A DNA stretch of 64,000 nt from Candidatus Saganbacteria bacterium (GTDB lineage: Bacteria > Margulisbacteria > WOR-1 > O2-12-FULL-45-9 > XYB2-FULL-48-7): contig JAFGHC010000039.1 of assembly GCA_016939335.1 (NCBI GenBank), forward strand, positions 2,376-66,375. Reading direction: 5' to 3'. Below, piece by piece: positions 29,223-37,050 of the stretch. Under the pieces are notes generated by a model, which ran no database searches, was not told the origin of the DNA, and saw nothing but the letters and a program-made list of their open reading frames with translations. Position numbers and translations under genes: made by a program. Each line of letters starts with the position of its first letter. The stretch's first letter is position 1.

Positions 29223-31613
29223 ATGTTATTAAGGCAGGCGATCGTTTGTTGCTTGCTGGCGGCGCTTGCTGGCGCGTCTTTCGCCGACGACCTTGGCCAT
29301 CTGCTCTTGAAAGGCGGCGTCAGCACGCGCGCGCTCGGGATGGGCGGGGCGTTCTCCGCCGTGGCGGACGACGCCGGCGCCGTCTTCTGCAATCCGGCCG
29401 GGCTGGCCGAGCCGGGGTTCGGCTACACCACCGGCAGCCTTGATTCGCAGCTGACCAGGAACGAGTTCACTTACAGCGCGCTCAAACTTGGCTACCTCGG
29501 TTACTCCGAAGGGAAAGTGGCCGGCCCCGGCGTCGGTCAGGTCACTTTCTCCGCCTTTGGTTTCGGCAACCGCTACGGCTGGCTCAACTGGGGGACCAAT
29601 TACAAGACGTTTAGCGCGACGATCGGCGGAGCGGCCAGTGAAGGCTGGAGCGGCGATCTCGGCCTGCTGCTGCGCATCACGCCGCAGTTCAAGGTCGGGG
29701 TCGTGGCGCGCGAAGTCCTGACGACGCAGGCGCGGCTGGCGCCGGCTTCCCTGCGGCTCGGCCTCGGCTACAGGCCGTTCAACAATAATCAGCTCGTGCT
29801 GGCGGCCGACGCCGAGCTCTATCGCTCACTCCCTTACGAAGGCCACCTGGGGGTCGAATCGAGCCTGGTCCCGGGGCTGACTTTCCGCGGCGGCCTTGAC
29901 GGCAGCCACCCGACCGCCGGCGCTTCGCTCGACCTCGCCTTTTTCACGCTCGATTACGCGCTCCAGTTCCTCCCGGGCGACCAAAATATCCAGCGCTTCG
30001 AGGCGGGGCTGAAATTCAACCTTGGCCGCGAGCGCCCCTTCTCCTTTATCAAGCCGAAGGAATTCGTCATCATCGACGTCAACGGCTTGCTCAAGGGCGG
30101 GCAGTCGGAGATCAGCCTGCTCGGCGGCTACCGGTCGGGGCTTGATAGCCTGCTCGAGCAGGTCCGCGCCGCCGAAAAGGACGGCTCGATCGACGGGATC
30201 TTCCTCCGCCTGGGCGGCTTTTCCGGCGGGCTGGGGGGCGCGGCAGTCGTCCAAGAACTGCGCGCCGAGCTGCTGCGCGCCAAAAACAAGGGGAAGAAGA
30301 TTATCGCCTATGTCGAGGACTCGGCGCTCGGCGACGAATATTATCTTGCCTCGGTCGCCGACAAGATCGTGGCGGCCCCGGGGGCGGCGATCGGCGGCTT
30401 CGGCCGCAGCCTCGAGATTTACCGCTTCGGCGGCCTGTTCAAGAAATTCGGCGTCGATTACCAGGTGAAGTATAAAGGCAAGTACAAGTCTTCCTTCGAC
30501 TGGCTTGCCGGTTCGCTGAGCGCCGAGCAAAAAGAGATGATGGAAGGGCTCGTTGGCGATATTTACCGGCAGATGCTGACCGATATCGCGGCCAGCCGTA
30601 AGATGAAGATCGAGAAGGTCAAGGAGATCGGCGACGGGATGATCTTCCCGGCCGGCCTGGCGCTCAAGATGGGGCTGATCGACCGGGTCGGTTTCTTCCG
30701 CGACGCCTCGGTCGCCGCCAACGAGCTTTACGGCAACAAGGACGAAGTCAAGATCGTCCAGCCCAACCTGCTTGAGCCCGAAGAGTCGTTCTTCAGCCAG
30801 CTCTTCGGCGTGGCGGTGATCGAGGTTGACGGCGAGATCGTCGAGGGCGACAGCGGCCAGAACCTAGTCTTCGGCGGCAGCTATGTCGGCGCCGACAAGC
30901 TCGCGCGCGACATCCGCGGCGCGGCCGATGATCCGTTCGTCAAGGCGCTGCTCGTGCGCGTCAACAGCCCGGGCGGCTCGGCGGTCGCCGCCGGCGAGAT
31001 CTACCAGGCGCTCCAGTACGCGCGGGAAAAGAAAAAAGTCATTATCGCCTCGCTGGGCGACGTCGCCGCCTCGGGCGGCTATTATGTGGCGGTCGCCGCC
31101 GACAAGATCGTGGCCGATCCTTCCAGCATCACCGGCAGCATCGGCGTGATCGGCGCCTTCCCCGTCTATCACCGGCTGATGGAAAACTGGGACGTGGCCG
31201 CCGACGAGGTCAAGGAGGGGGCGCACGCCGACATGTTCTCCGGCCTCCGCCGCTTCTCGACGATCGAGAGCGAAGCGGTCGACCGGATCTTTGACGAAAC
31301 ATACCGGACGTTCGTCAATGCGGTGGCGGCCGGCCGGAAGCTGGCGACCGCCGAAGTGGAAAAGCTGGCGCAGGGCCGCGTCTATACCGGCAACCAGGCG
31401 CTGGCGGTCAAACTGGTCGACAAGCTTGGCGGCTTCAGCGACGCGGTCGAACTGGCCAAGTCGGAGGGAAAGGTCAAAGGCGAGGTGCGGCTCATCTATT
31501 ACCGGCGGCTCAATCCGCTGCTGCAGTTCGGGCAGGGGGTCAGTTCAGCTCTCGGCTTCCGCCAGCCGTTGCTCGATCTGCCGGCCCTGGGCCGGACGTT
31601 ACAATATAAGTGA
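29223..31613 (+). CDS. sppA: signal peptide peptidase SppA (67K tandem-domain type) fused to an N-terminal PorV/FadL-like outer-membrane beta-barrel domain
   Basis: Residues 1-270: signal peptide, then GGVSTRALGMGGAFSAVADDAGAVFCNPAGLA (FadL/OMPP1/PorV-type N-terminal signature), alternating beta-strand pattern, ending ...EAGLKFNLG. Residues 280-796: two ClpP/crotonase-fold SppA repeats (GGFSGGLGGAAVV...IAYVEDSALGDEYYLASVADKIVAAP and LVRVNSPGGSAVAAGEIYQAL...IASLGDVAASGGYYVAVAADKIV). Confidence 0.75.
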   Translation: MLLRQAIVCCLLAALAGASFADDLGHLLLKGGVSTRALGMGGAFSAVADDAGAVFCNPAGLAEPGFGYTTGSLDSQLTRNEFTYSALKLGYLGYSEGKVAGPGVGQVTFSAFGFGNRYGWLNWGTNYKTFSATIGGAASEGWSGDLGLLLRITPQFKVGVVAREVLTTQARLAPASLRLGLGYRPFNNNQLVLAADAELYRSLPYEGHLGVESSLVPGLTFRGGLDGSHPTAGASLDLAFFTLDYALQFLPGDQNIQRFEAGLKFNLGRERPFSFIKPKEFVIIDVNGLLKGGQSEISLLGGYRSGLDSLLEQVRAAEKDGSIDGIFLRLGGFSGGLGGAAVVQELRAELLRAKNKGKKIIAYVEDSALGDEYYLASVADKIVAAPGAAIGGFGRSLEIYRFGGLFKKFGVDYQVKYKGKYKSSFDWLAGSLSAEQKEMMEGLVGDIYRQMLTDIAASRKMKIEKVKEIGDGMIFPAGLALKMGLIDRVGFFRDASVAANELYGNKDEVKIVQPNLLEPEESFFSQLFGVAVIEVDGEIVEGDSGQNLVFGGSYVGADKLARDIRGAADDPFVKALLVRVNSPGGSAVAAGEIYQALQYAREKKKVIIASLGDVAASGGYYVAVAADKIVADPSSITGSIGVIGAFPVYHRLMENWDVAADEVKEGAHADMFSGLRRFSTIESEAVDRIFDETYRTFVNAVAAGRKLATAEVEKLAQGRVYTGNQALAVKLVDKLGGFSDAVELAKSEGKVKGEVRLIYYRRLNPLLQFGQGVSSALGFRQPLLDLPALGRTLQYK

Positions 31614-31857
31614 TGTCGTCAGGGTAGATCATCCCCAGCTTCGTTTTTGCCGTTTTTTCGATATAAGCGAGGTCCTCTTCCCGGGCCGCCTGGCTTCCCA
31701 GCGTCCGCGCCAGGCTGCTCAATTCCGCCCGCTTGATCTTCAGGTCGGTGATCCGGTAGGTCAGCGCCATGTTCTGCGCGTACATGTATAAATGGGCGGC
31801 GGCCAGGACCAGGAAGAGGATGAGGACCGCGACCGCTTTCCGGAAATTACTGTTCAT
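31540..31857 (-). CDS. ftsL: FtsL-like cell-division protein (single TM)
   Basis: MNSNFRKAVAVLILFLVLAAAHLYMYAQNMALTYRITDLKIKRAELSSLARTL: short cytoplasmic tail, TM helix and coiled coil. Immediately downstream of rsmH with an ATGA overlap. C-terminal part has low-complexity composition and overlaps the sppA 3' end convergently. Confidence 0.5.
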   Translation of the reverse strand: MNSNFRKAVAVLILFLVLAAAHLYMYAQNMALTYRITDLKIKRAELSSLARTLGSQAAREEDLAYIEKTAKTKLGMIYPDDITYIVTSGPGPADRATAGGSRELN

Positions 31858-32723
31858 AGTTTCTCCGCCGCCCGCAGCTTGGCGCTCCGCGCCCGCGGGT
31901 TGCCCGCCAGTTCGGCCACCCCGGCCGTCACCGGCTTTTTGGTCAGCGGCTTCAGTATACCATTTTGGGCGGCTGACCTGAACAGCCGCTTGACGGCCCG
32001 GTCCTCCAGCGAATGGTAAGAAATAACGACGAGCCGCCCCCCCGGTTTGAGGAGCCCCAGCGCCTGGCCAAGCGCCAGTTTCAAGCTGTTCAGCTCGTCG
32101 TTGACGGCGATGCGCAGCGCCTGGAAGACGCGGGTGACCGACTCTCTTTTCTTCCACGTCGGGATCGCCTTTTCCACGATCCCTTTTAACTCAAAGGTGC
32201 TTGTCACGGGCCGCGAGTCGCGGGTCGCGACGATCGCCTTGCTGATCCGGCGGGAGAACTTCTCTTCCCCGCACTCATAAAAGAGCTTCGTCAGCTCTTC
32301 GGCCGGCCAGTTATTGACGATCTCGGCGGCGGTCAGCTTGCCGCGCCGGTCCATCCTCATGTCGAGCGGCCCGTCATGCTGCAGGCTGAAGCCGCGCCCC
32401 CCTTCGTCGAGCTGGTAGGAGGAAACTCCGAGGTCAAAAAGTATCCCGTCGACTTTTTCTTTGACGTGCTCTTTTAGGCGCGCGAAGTTATCGTGGACGT
32501 ATTCGATGTCCGAAAAGCCGGCTAAGTTCTTCCGGGCAGCTGCCAACGCGTCGGCGTCCCGGTCAAAGCCGATAATTTTGATTTTTGATCTTTGATCTTT
32601 GATTTTAGACGCGTGCCCCCCGCCGCCCAGCGTTGCGTCCACAAAAACCTTGCCGTCCGCCGGTTTCAGGAACGCCGCCGCCGCTTCGGCCAGCACGGGC
32701 TCGTGTTGATAGGCAATGGTCAT
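31854..32723 (-). CDS. rsmH: 16S rRNA (cytosine1402-N4)-methyltransferase
   Basis: GGGGHASKI...IGFDRD and DLGVSSYQLD motifs. An in-frame ATCAAAG x4 heptamer tract lies at 32575-32606. Confidence 0.85.
   Translation of the reverse strand: MTIAYQHEPVLAEAAAAFLKPADGKVFVDATLGGGGHASKIKDQRSKIKIIGFDRDADALAAARKNLAGFSDIEYVHDNFARLKEHVKEKVDGILFDLGVSSYQLDEGGRGFSLQHDGPLDMRMDRRGKLTAAEIVNNWPAEELTKLFYECGEEKFSRRISKAIVATRDSRPVTSTFELKGIVEKAIPTWKKRESVTRVFQALRIAVNDELNSLKLALGQALGLLKPGGRLVVISYHSLEDRAVKRLFRSAAQNGILKPLTKKPVTAGVAELAGNPRARSAKLRAAEKL
32575..32606 (-). repeat. tandem heptanucleotide tract (ATCAAAG / ATCAAAA x4 on the coding strand) inside rsmH
   Basis: Plus strand TTTTGATTTTTGATCTTTGATCTTTGATTTTA. It encodes SKIKDQRSKIKI between the GGGH and IDRD motifs. 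Confidence 0.7.
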
Positions 32724-32740
32724 TATGCTAGCATTATAGC

Positions 32741-33520
32741 ATGACCGTTCTCGACGATATTATTGCCGACAAGCGCCGGGAAGTCGCCGCCCTCAAGGCC
32801 CGCGGGGGCCCCGGCAAGCTCGAGACGCTGGTCGGTCAGCTTCCCGCCCCGCGAGATTTCCTGGCCGCGCTGCCGCGCGGCAGGATGTCGCTCATCGCCG
32901 AGATCAAGAAAGCTTCCCCTGCGGCCGGCGTGCTGGCGGAGCGGTTCGAGCCGGCCGCTCTCGCCCGGGCTTATGAGGAGGGCGGGGCGGCGGCGCTCTC
33001 GGTCCTGACCGACGGCAAGTATTTCCAGGGGAAGCTCGCTGACCTCAAGGCCGCCAAGGACCCGACCACCATCCCCGTCCTGCGCAAGGACTTCATCATC
33101 GACGAGGCGCAGCTTTATGAATCGCGTATCAACGGCGCCGACGCCGTCCTGCTGATCGCCGCCGTCCTCGCGCCGGCGCAGCTGAAGAATTATCTTGAGC
33201 TTGCGCACCGGCTGCGAATGCCCTGCCTGGTCGAGATCAGGGACGGGGCGGAGGCCGAGCGGGCCCTGAAGGCCGGCGCGCGGCTTATTGGCATCAATAA
33301 CCGCGACCTTAAGACATTTAAAGTGGATTTCAGGACGACCCTGGACCTGCTGGCAAAATATCCGGAACTGAAAAAAAAGGTCATCGTTTCCGAAAGCGGC
33401 ATCATTGCCGCGGAGCAGGTCGGGGAGTTGCGAGCGGCCGGCGTTTCCGCTGTCCTGGTCGGCACCAGCCTCATGACCAGCCCTGACATTGGGAAGAAGA
33501 TAAGGGAACTGTTGGGATGA
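32741..33520 (+). CDS. trpC: indole-3-glycerol phosphate synthase
   Basis: LIAEIKKASPAAGVL (conserved E-K-S-P), VLTDGKYFQG and IGINNRDL motifs. Confidence 0.85.
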   Translation: MTVLDDIIADKRREVAALKARGGPGKLETLVGQLPAPRDFLAALPRGRMSLIAEIKKASPAAGVLAERFEPAALARAYEEGGAAALSVLTDGKYFQGKLADLKAAKDPTTIPVLRKDFIIDEAQLYESRINGADAVLLIAAVLAPAQLKNYLELAHRLRMPCLVEIRDGAEAERALKAGARLIGINNRDLKTFKVDFRTTLDLLAKYPELKKKVIVSESGIIAAEQVGELRAAGVSAVLVGTSLMTSPDIGKKIRELLG

Positions 33521-34560
33521 AAATCCGAAATCCGAAATCAGAAATACGAAATAATTTCGAAATTCGAAATTCGAATTTCCTTCGAATTTCGTTATTCGTA
33601 TTTCGGATTTGCGCGCTCTCATTAGTGGCGGCATCCGCTTTCGCCCTCGGCGAGGTCCCCGCCACTAGCGAAATAATCAACCCGTCGGTCGCTTACGTCC
33701 GGGAGTTCGGTTCGGGCGGCTCCGGTGAGCGCCAGTTCTACTTTCCGCAGGACGTCAGGTCGGCCCAGCTCGGCGACCTCGAGACGGCGCTCAATAATCT
33801 CTATATCGCCGACACCGGCAACAACCGGGTCCAGCGGCTCGACGAGAACGGCGGTTTCGTCTACCAGTTCGGCGGCTTCGGCCACGAGGACGGCAGGTTC
33901 AACACGCCGGTCGGCATCGCCGTCGACTTCAATTTCCGCCTTTATGTTTCGGAAAAAGACAGCGACCGGATCCAGCAGTTCGACATACGCGGCAACTTCC
34001 TCCGCGAGGTCGGCAGCGGCGAGGTCAACCTGCGCGCCCTCCAGGACCCGGCCGGCCTCGACGTCGACTCGCTCGGTTATCTTTACGTCGCCGATTCGGG
34101 CAACGACCGGGTGCTGAAGTTCGATCCCGCGGGCAATTTCGTCAGCGAAGTCGGCGGCTTCGGCATCGGCCCCGGCTTTCTCAACAAGCCGCTCGATGCG
34201 GCGGCCGACCGCGACCGCAACATTTACGTGGCCGACACCGGCAATAACCGGGTCCAGAAGTTCGATTTTGACGGCCGCCCCGTCTTCTCCTTCGGCCGCT
34301 CCGGCGGCGGGCCGGGCGAGCTGTCGGCCCCTTCGGCGCTCGCGGTCGACGACAAGTTCATTTATGTTTCCGACACCGGCAACGACCGCCTCTGCCTTTT
34401 TTCCCGGCAGGGGAAGTTCCTCCTTGCTTTCGGCCAGAAAGGGGCGGGGCCGGGCGAATTCAACGCGCCGCTCGGGCTCAGCCTCGGCCGGCAGGGGCGC
34501 ATTTACGTTGCCGACAGCGGCAATCACCGGATCGTTGAGCTTAGGGTAAAATGGCGCTAA
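33517..34560 (+). CDS. NHL-repeat six-bladed beta-propeller protein (secreted)
   Basis: Six repeats of the DxxGNIYVADTGNNRVQKFD type. ATG at 33517 overlaps the trpC stop. Codons 2-30 run through a family-1 repeat copy; alternative GTG at about 33622 within the hydrophobic segment. Confidence 0.7.
   Translation: MKIRNPKSEIRNNFEIRNSNFLRISLFVFRICALSLVAASAFALGEVPATSEIINPSVAYVREFGSGGSGERQFYFPQDVRSAQLGDLETALNNLYIADTGNNRVQRLDENGGFVYQFGGFGHEDGRFNTPVGIAVDFNFRLYVSEKDSDRIQQFDIRGNFLREVGSGEVNLRALQDPAGLDVDSLGYLYVADSGNDRVLKFDPAGNFVSEVGGFGIGPGFLNKPLDAAADRDRNIYVADTGNNRVQKFDFDGRPVFSFGRSGGGPGELSAPSALAVDDKFIYVSDTGNDRLCLFSRQGKFLLAFGQKGAGPGEFNAPLGLSLGRQGRIYVADSGNHRIVELRVKWR
33522..33610. repeat. family-1 palindromic repeat
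   Basis: AAATCCGAAATCCGAAATCAGAAATACGAAATAATTTCGAAATTCGAAATTCGAATTTCCTTCGAATTTCGTTATTCGTATTTCGGATTT. Confidence 0.7.
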
Positions 34561-34680
34561 AATCCGAATATCGAAATTCGAAATACGAAACGAATTCGAA
34601 ATCCGAAACAGAGAAAACCGTTTTAGAAATTCGAATTTTCCCCGTTTGTTTCGAGATTCGATATTCGAATTTCGGATTTA
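34561..34680. repeat. family-1 palindromic repeat (long copy)
   Basis: AATCCGAATATCGAAATTCGAAATACGAAACGAATTCGAAATCCGAAACAGAG...TTCGAGATTCGATATTCGAATTTCGGATTT. Confidence 0.7.
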
Positions 34681-34710
34681 AACCGGCAAGCCGGCAAGGG
34701 GGCAGGTTAA

Positions 34711-35049
34711 ATGAATGATTGCCTCTTCTGTAAAATAGCGGCGAAGCAAATACCGAGCAGCGCGGTCTACGAAGACGACAAAGTCTTTGCCTTTAACGAC
34801 ATCGCTCCCCAGGCGCCGACGCACATCCTCGTCATACCGAAAGAGCATGTCGCCACGCTGGCCGACGTCAAGGATTACTCCGTCCTGGCCGACATTTTCC
34901 GCGTCGTCAATAAACTGGCGGCCGAGCGCGGCCTTGACAAGACCGGCTACCGCACGGTGATCAACACCGGCCGCGCCGCCGGCATGGCCGTGCATCATCT
35001 GCATATCCATCTGCTTGGTGGCCGCGACTTCTCCTGGCCGCCGGGCTGA
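34711..35049 (+). CDS. HIT-family (histidine triad) nucleotide hydrolase
   Basis: Histidine triad HHLHIHLLGG at the C-terminus; 112 aa. Confidence 0.85.
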   Translation: MNDCLFCKIAAKQIPSSAVYEDDKVFAFNDIAPQAPTHILVIPKEHVATLADVKDYSVLADIFRVVNKLAAERGLDKTGYRTVINTGRAAGMAVHHLHIHLLGGRDFSWPPG

Positions 35050-35105
35050 CAAAATTCCCCGAAATTTTTTCCGGCTTCCCCCGATAAGCTTATTGAGGTG
35101 AGACC

Positions 35106-36152
35106 ATGGCTGCTTCGGCTTTGTACCTGAAGGGCAACTATTCAAAACGCTTTTACCCGCTGCTGATCGATAAAAGAGTCATCGCGAGCGACCCCCGGCT
35201 GCACGCGACTCCCGGCGTCAGGGCGCAGGTCAGGCGGGCCGGTGATTTTATCATTGATCTGACGACGGAGGGGGTGCAGACAAGGGAACAAGGTATTATG
35301 CCGTTCCCCTCAATTTATATCAGGCTTGCGCACGGCCATGGCAATGAAGGAGTGCGCCAGATATTTTCGACCGAGGAGGAACTTGACCGGCTCGGCGGTC
35401 CGTTCGACCTTGCCGCGCGGGTCGTGTCAGGGGCGTTTTTCGTTTACCGGGGCGGTTTGCGCGGCGCGGAGATCATGGTATCGCCCGCCTGGCATGAATT
35501 GCTGGAACCCGACTGGCGCCAGGCCCAGCATGTCTGGGTGCGCGATCCCGTCGCCAACCCGGAGCCCGATCCACCCGGCTTGCCCTGGCGGACGATCCCT
35601 TATTTTCTGCCGGTCCCGGGGATGGTGCTCAAGGCGAGTTTTATGGAAAACAGCCAAAAGATCGTCCGGGGCGAGTTCTTTTTCCGGACGGTGAACGGCC
35701 AGGCGCGCGGCTTTTTTCGTTATAACGGGACGGCCCGCACTTATTTGATCCGGCCTGACAAGATCACGTATCTCGGCGATGAACAGGCGGGGCGTGCCAG
35801 CTTCGAGCTGGCGAAGTTCAGGACGATGCTGGGCGAGCGCCCTGCGCTAACCGACTACTCATTCTATAAAAAATGCTGGGGCGAACAGATCCAATTTGGC
35901 GATAAACTGCTCATCTTTATCCAGCCGGCCGATTTCCAATTCCTGGACAGGGAAGGGGTCTATTTCTTACGGTTGGTCCGGCACGAGCGCGATCTTTATC
36001 TTTTTTGTCACCGGGACGCTTCCTCCCCGCGTCCGCTCGCCTGGGGCTGCCGGTTCCTGACCGAAGATGGGCAGCTGCCGCTCAGTCCGTTTATGACCGC
36101 CCGCCGCCCTGAGGATAATATGCCGGAGTTTGGTATAATAGCGAACACCTAA
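35106..36152 (+). CDS. hypothetical protein
   Basis: 348-aa ORF with GC-rich codon usage; no recognisable motifs. Bracketed by family-1 repeats at 34561 and 36153. Confidence 0.5.
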   Translation: MAASALYLKGNYSKRFYPLLIDKRVIASDPRLHATPGVRAQVRRAGDFIIDLTTEGVQTREQGIMPFPSIYIRLAHGHGNEGVRQIFSTEEELDRLGGPFDLAARVVSGAFFVYRGGLRGAEIMVSPAWHELLEPDWRQAQHVWVRDPVANPEPDPPGLPWRTIPYFLPVPGMVLKASFMENSQKIVRGEFFFRTVNGQARGFFRYNGTARTYLIRPDKITYLGDEQAGRASFELAKFRTMLGERPALTDYSFYKKCWGEQIQFGDKLLIFIQPADFQFLDREGVYFLRLVRHERDLYLFCHRDASSPRPLAWGCRFLTEDGQLPLSPFMTARRPEDNMPEFGIIANT

Positions 36153-36245
36153 ATCAGAATATTGAATATCGAAACTCGAAATAATTGGGGCAAAATTCGA
36201 ATTTCGAATTCCCTTCGAATTTCGAGATTCGGTTTTCGAATTTAG
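36153..36245. repeat. family-1 palindromic repeat
   Basis: AATCAGAATATTGAATATCGAAACTCGAAATAATTGGGGCAAAATTCGAATTTCGAATTCCCTTCGAATTTCGAGATTCGGTTTTCGAATTT. Confidence 0.65.
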
Positions 36246-36255
36246 AAGGCATGAG

Positions 36256-36543
36256 GTGACTAAAATGAACATGTTCGGCAATTTAGGCAAGATGGGCGAG
36301 ATGATCAAGCAGGCGAGGGCGATGAAGGACGCGATGTCGAAGATCAGGTGCGAAGGCGAGGCGGGCGGCGTCAGAGTTGCCGTGAGCGGCGAGATGAACA
36401 TTCTCGAGGTCAGGATCCCGCCCGACATGAACGGCGCGAAAGCCGAAGGCCTGGTCAAAGAAGCGGCGAACAAGGCTTTACGCTCGGCGCAGATGGAAGC
36501 GGCCAAGCGGATGCAGGGGATGGGCGGGTTTCCGGGGATGTAG
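36256..36543 (+). CDS. ybaB: nucleoid-associated protein YbaB/EbfC
   Basis: NMFGNLGKMGEMIKQARAMKDAMSKI ... VKVAVSGEMNILEVRI pattern; 95 aa. Confidence 0.8.
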   Translation: MTKMNMFGNLGKMGEMIKQARAMKDAMSKIRCEGEAGGVRVAVSGEMNILEVRIPPDMNGAKAEGLVKEAANKALRSAQMEAAKRMQGMGGFPGM

Positions 36544-36548
36544 GCCCC

Positions 36549-36953
36549 CTAGCCCCTAGCCCCTTTGTCAATAAGCTCGGCAAATTTCCAGGCCATCATA
36601 AAGATCTCCCGCAGTTGTCTGGAAGTAGGCCTTTCAATAACGCTAATGCTGTGCCCGCTTTTGCCGGGTCCAAGCGGTTCGATCCAGAGAAAACGCTGGC
36701 GGACTGGCGGCCTGGCCCTGTTCGTCCCTTCGCCTCCCAATATATTTGTCATCAGCGCGTCCACTTCTGAACTGGAAAGGCGGGGAAGTTTTCTCCCCGG
36801 GGCGGCGGCGCCATTTTTTTGCGGCCCAAAATATATTTCAGCCGAGGTGAGAGTGGCGATGCCGCTGGCCGCCAGGCGCGCATTATAAGCCGCTACCCGC
36901 AGTGTTCTTAATGTGATCGGTTTCGGCCTGACCATCAGTTCATTCCCGCTCAT
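36549..36953 (-). CDS. hypothetical protein
   Basis: About 134 aa from ATG at 36953 (MSGNELMVRPKP...). The track ORF extends to 37010. Confidence 0.4.
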   Translation of the reverse strand: MSGNELMVRPKPITLRTLRVAAYNARLAASGIATLTSAEIYFGPQKNGAAAPGRKLPRLSSSEVDALMTNILGGEGTNRARPPVRQRFLWIEPLGPGKSGHSISVIERPTSRQLREIFMMAWKFAELIDKGARG

Positions 36954-37050
36954 AGTAATTTCCTTTCCGCGCTCCTGGTTCCCGGCCGCAGCGTTCGCGC
37001 GTTCGTACATATGTATATCGGGGGATTTCGGGGGGGGATTTCAGGGGAAT

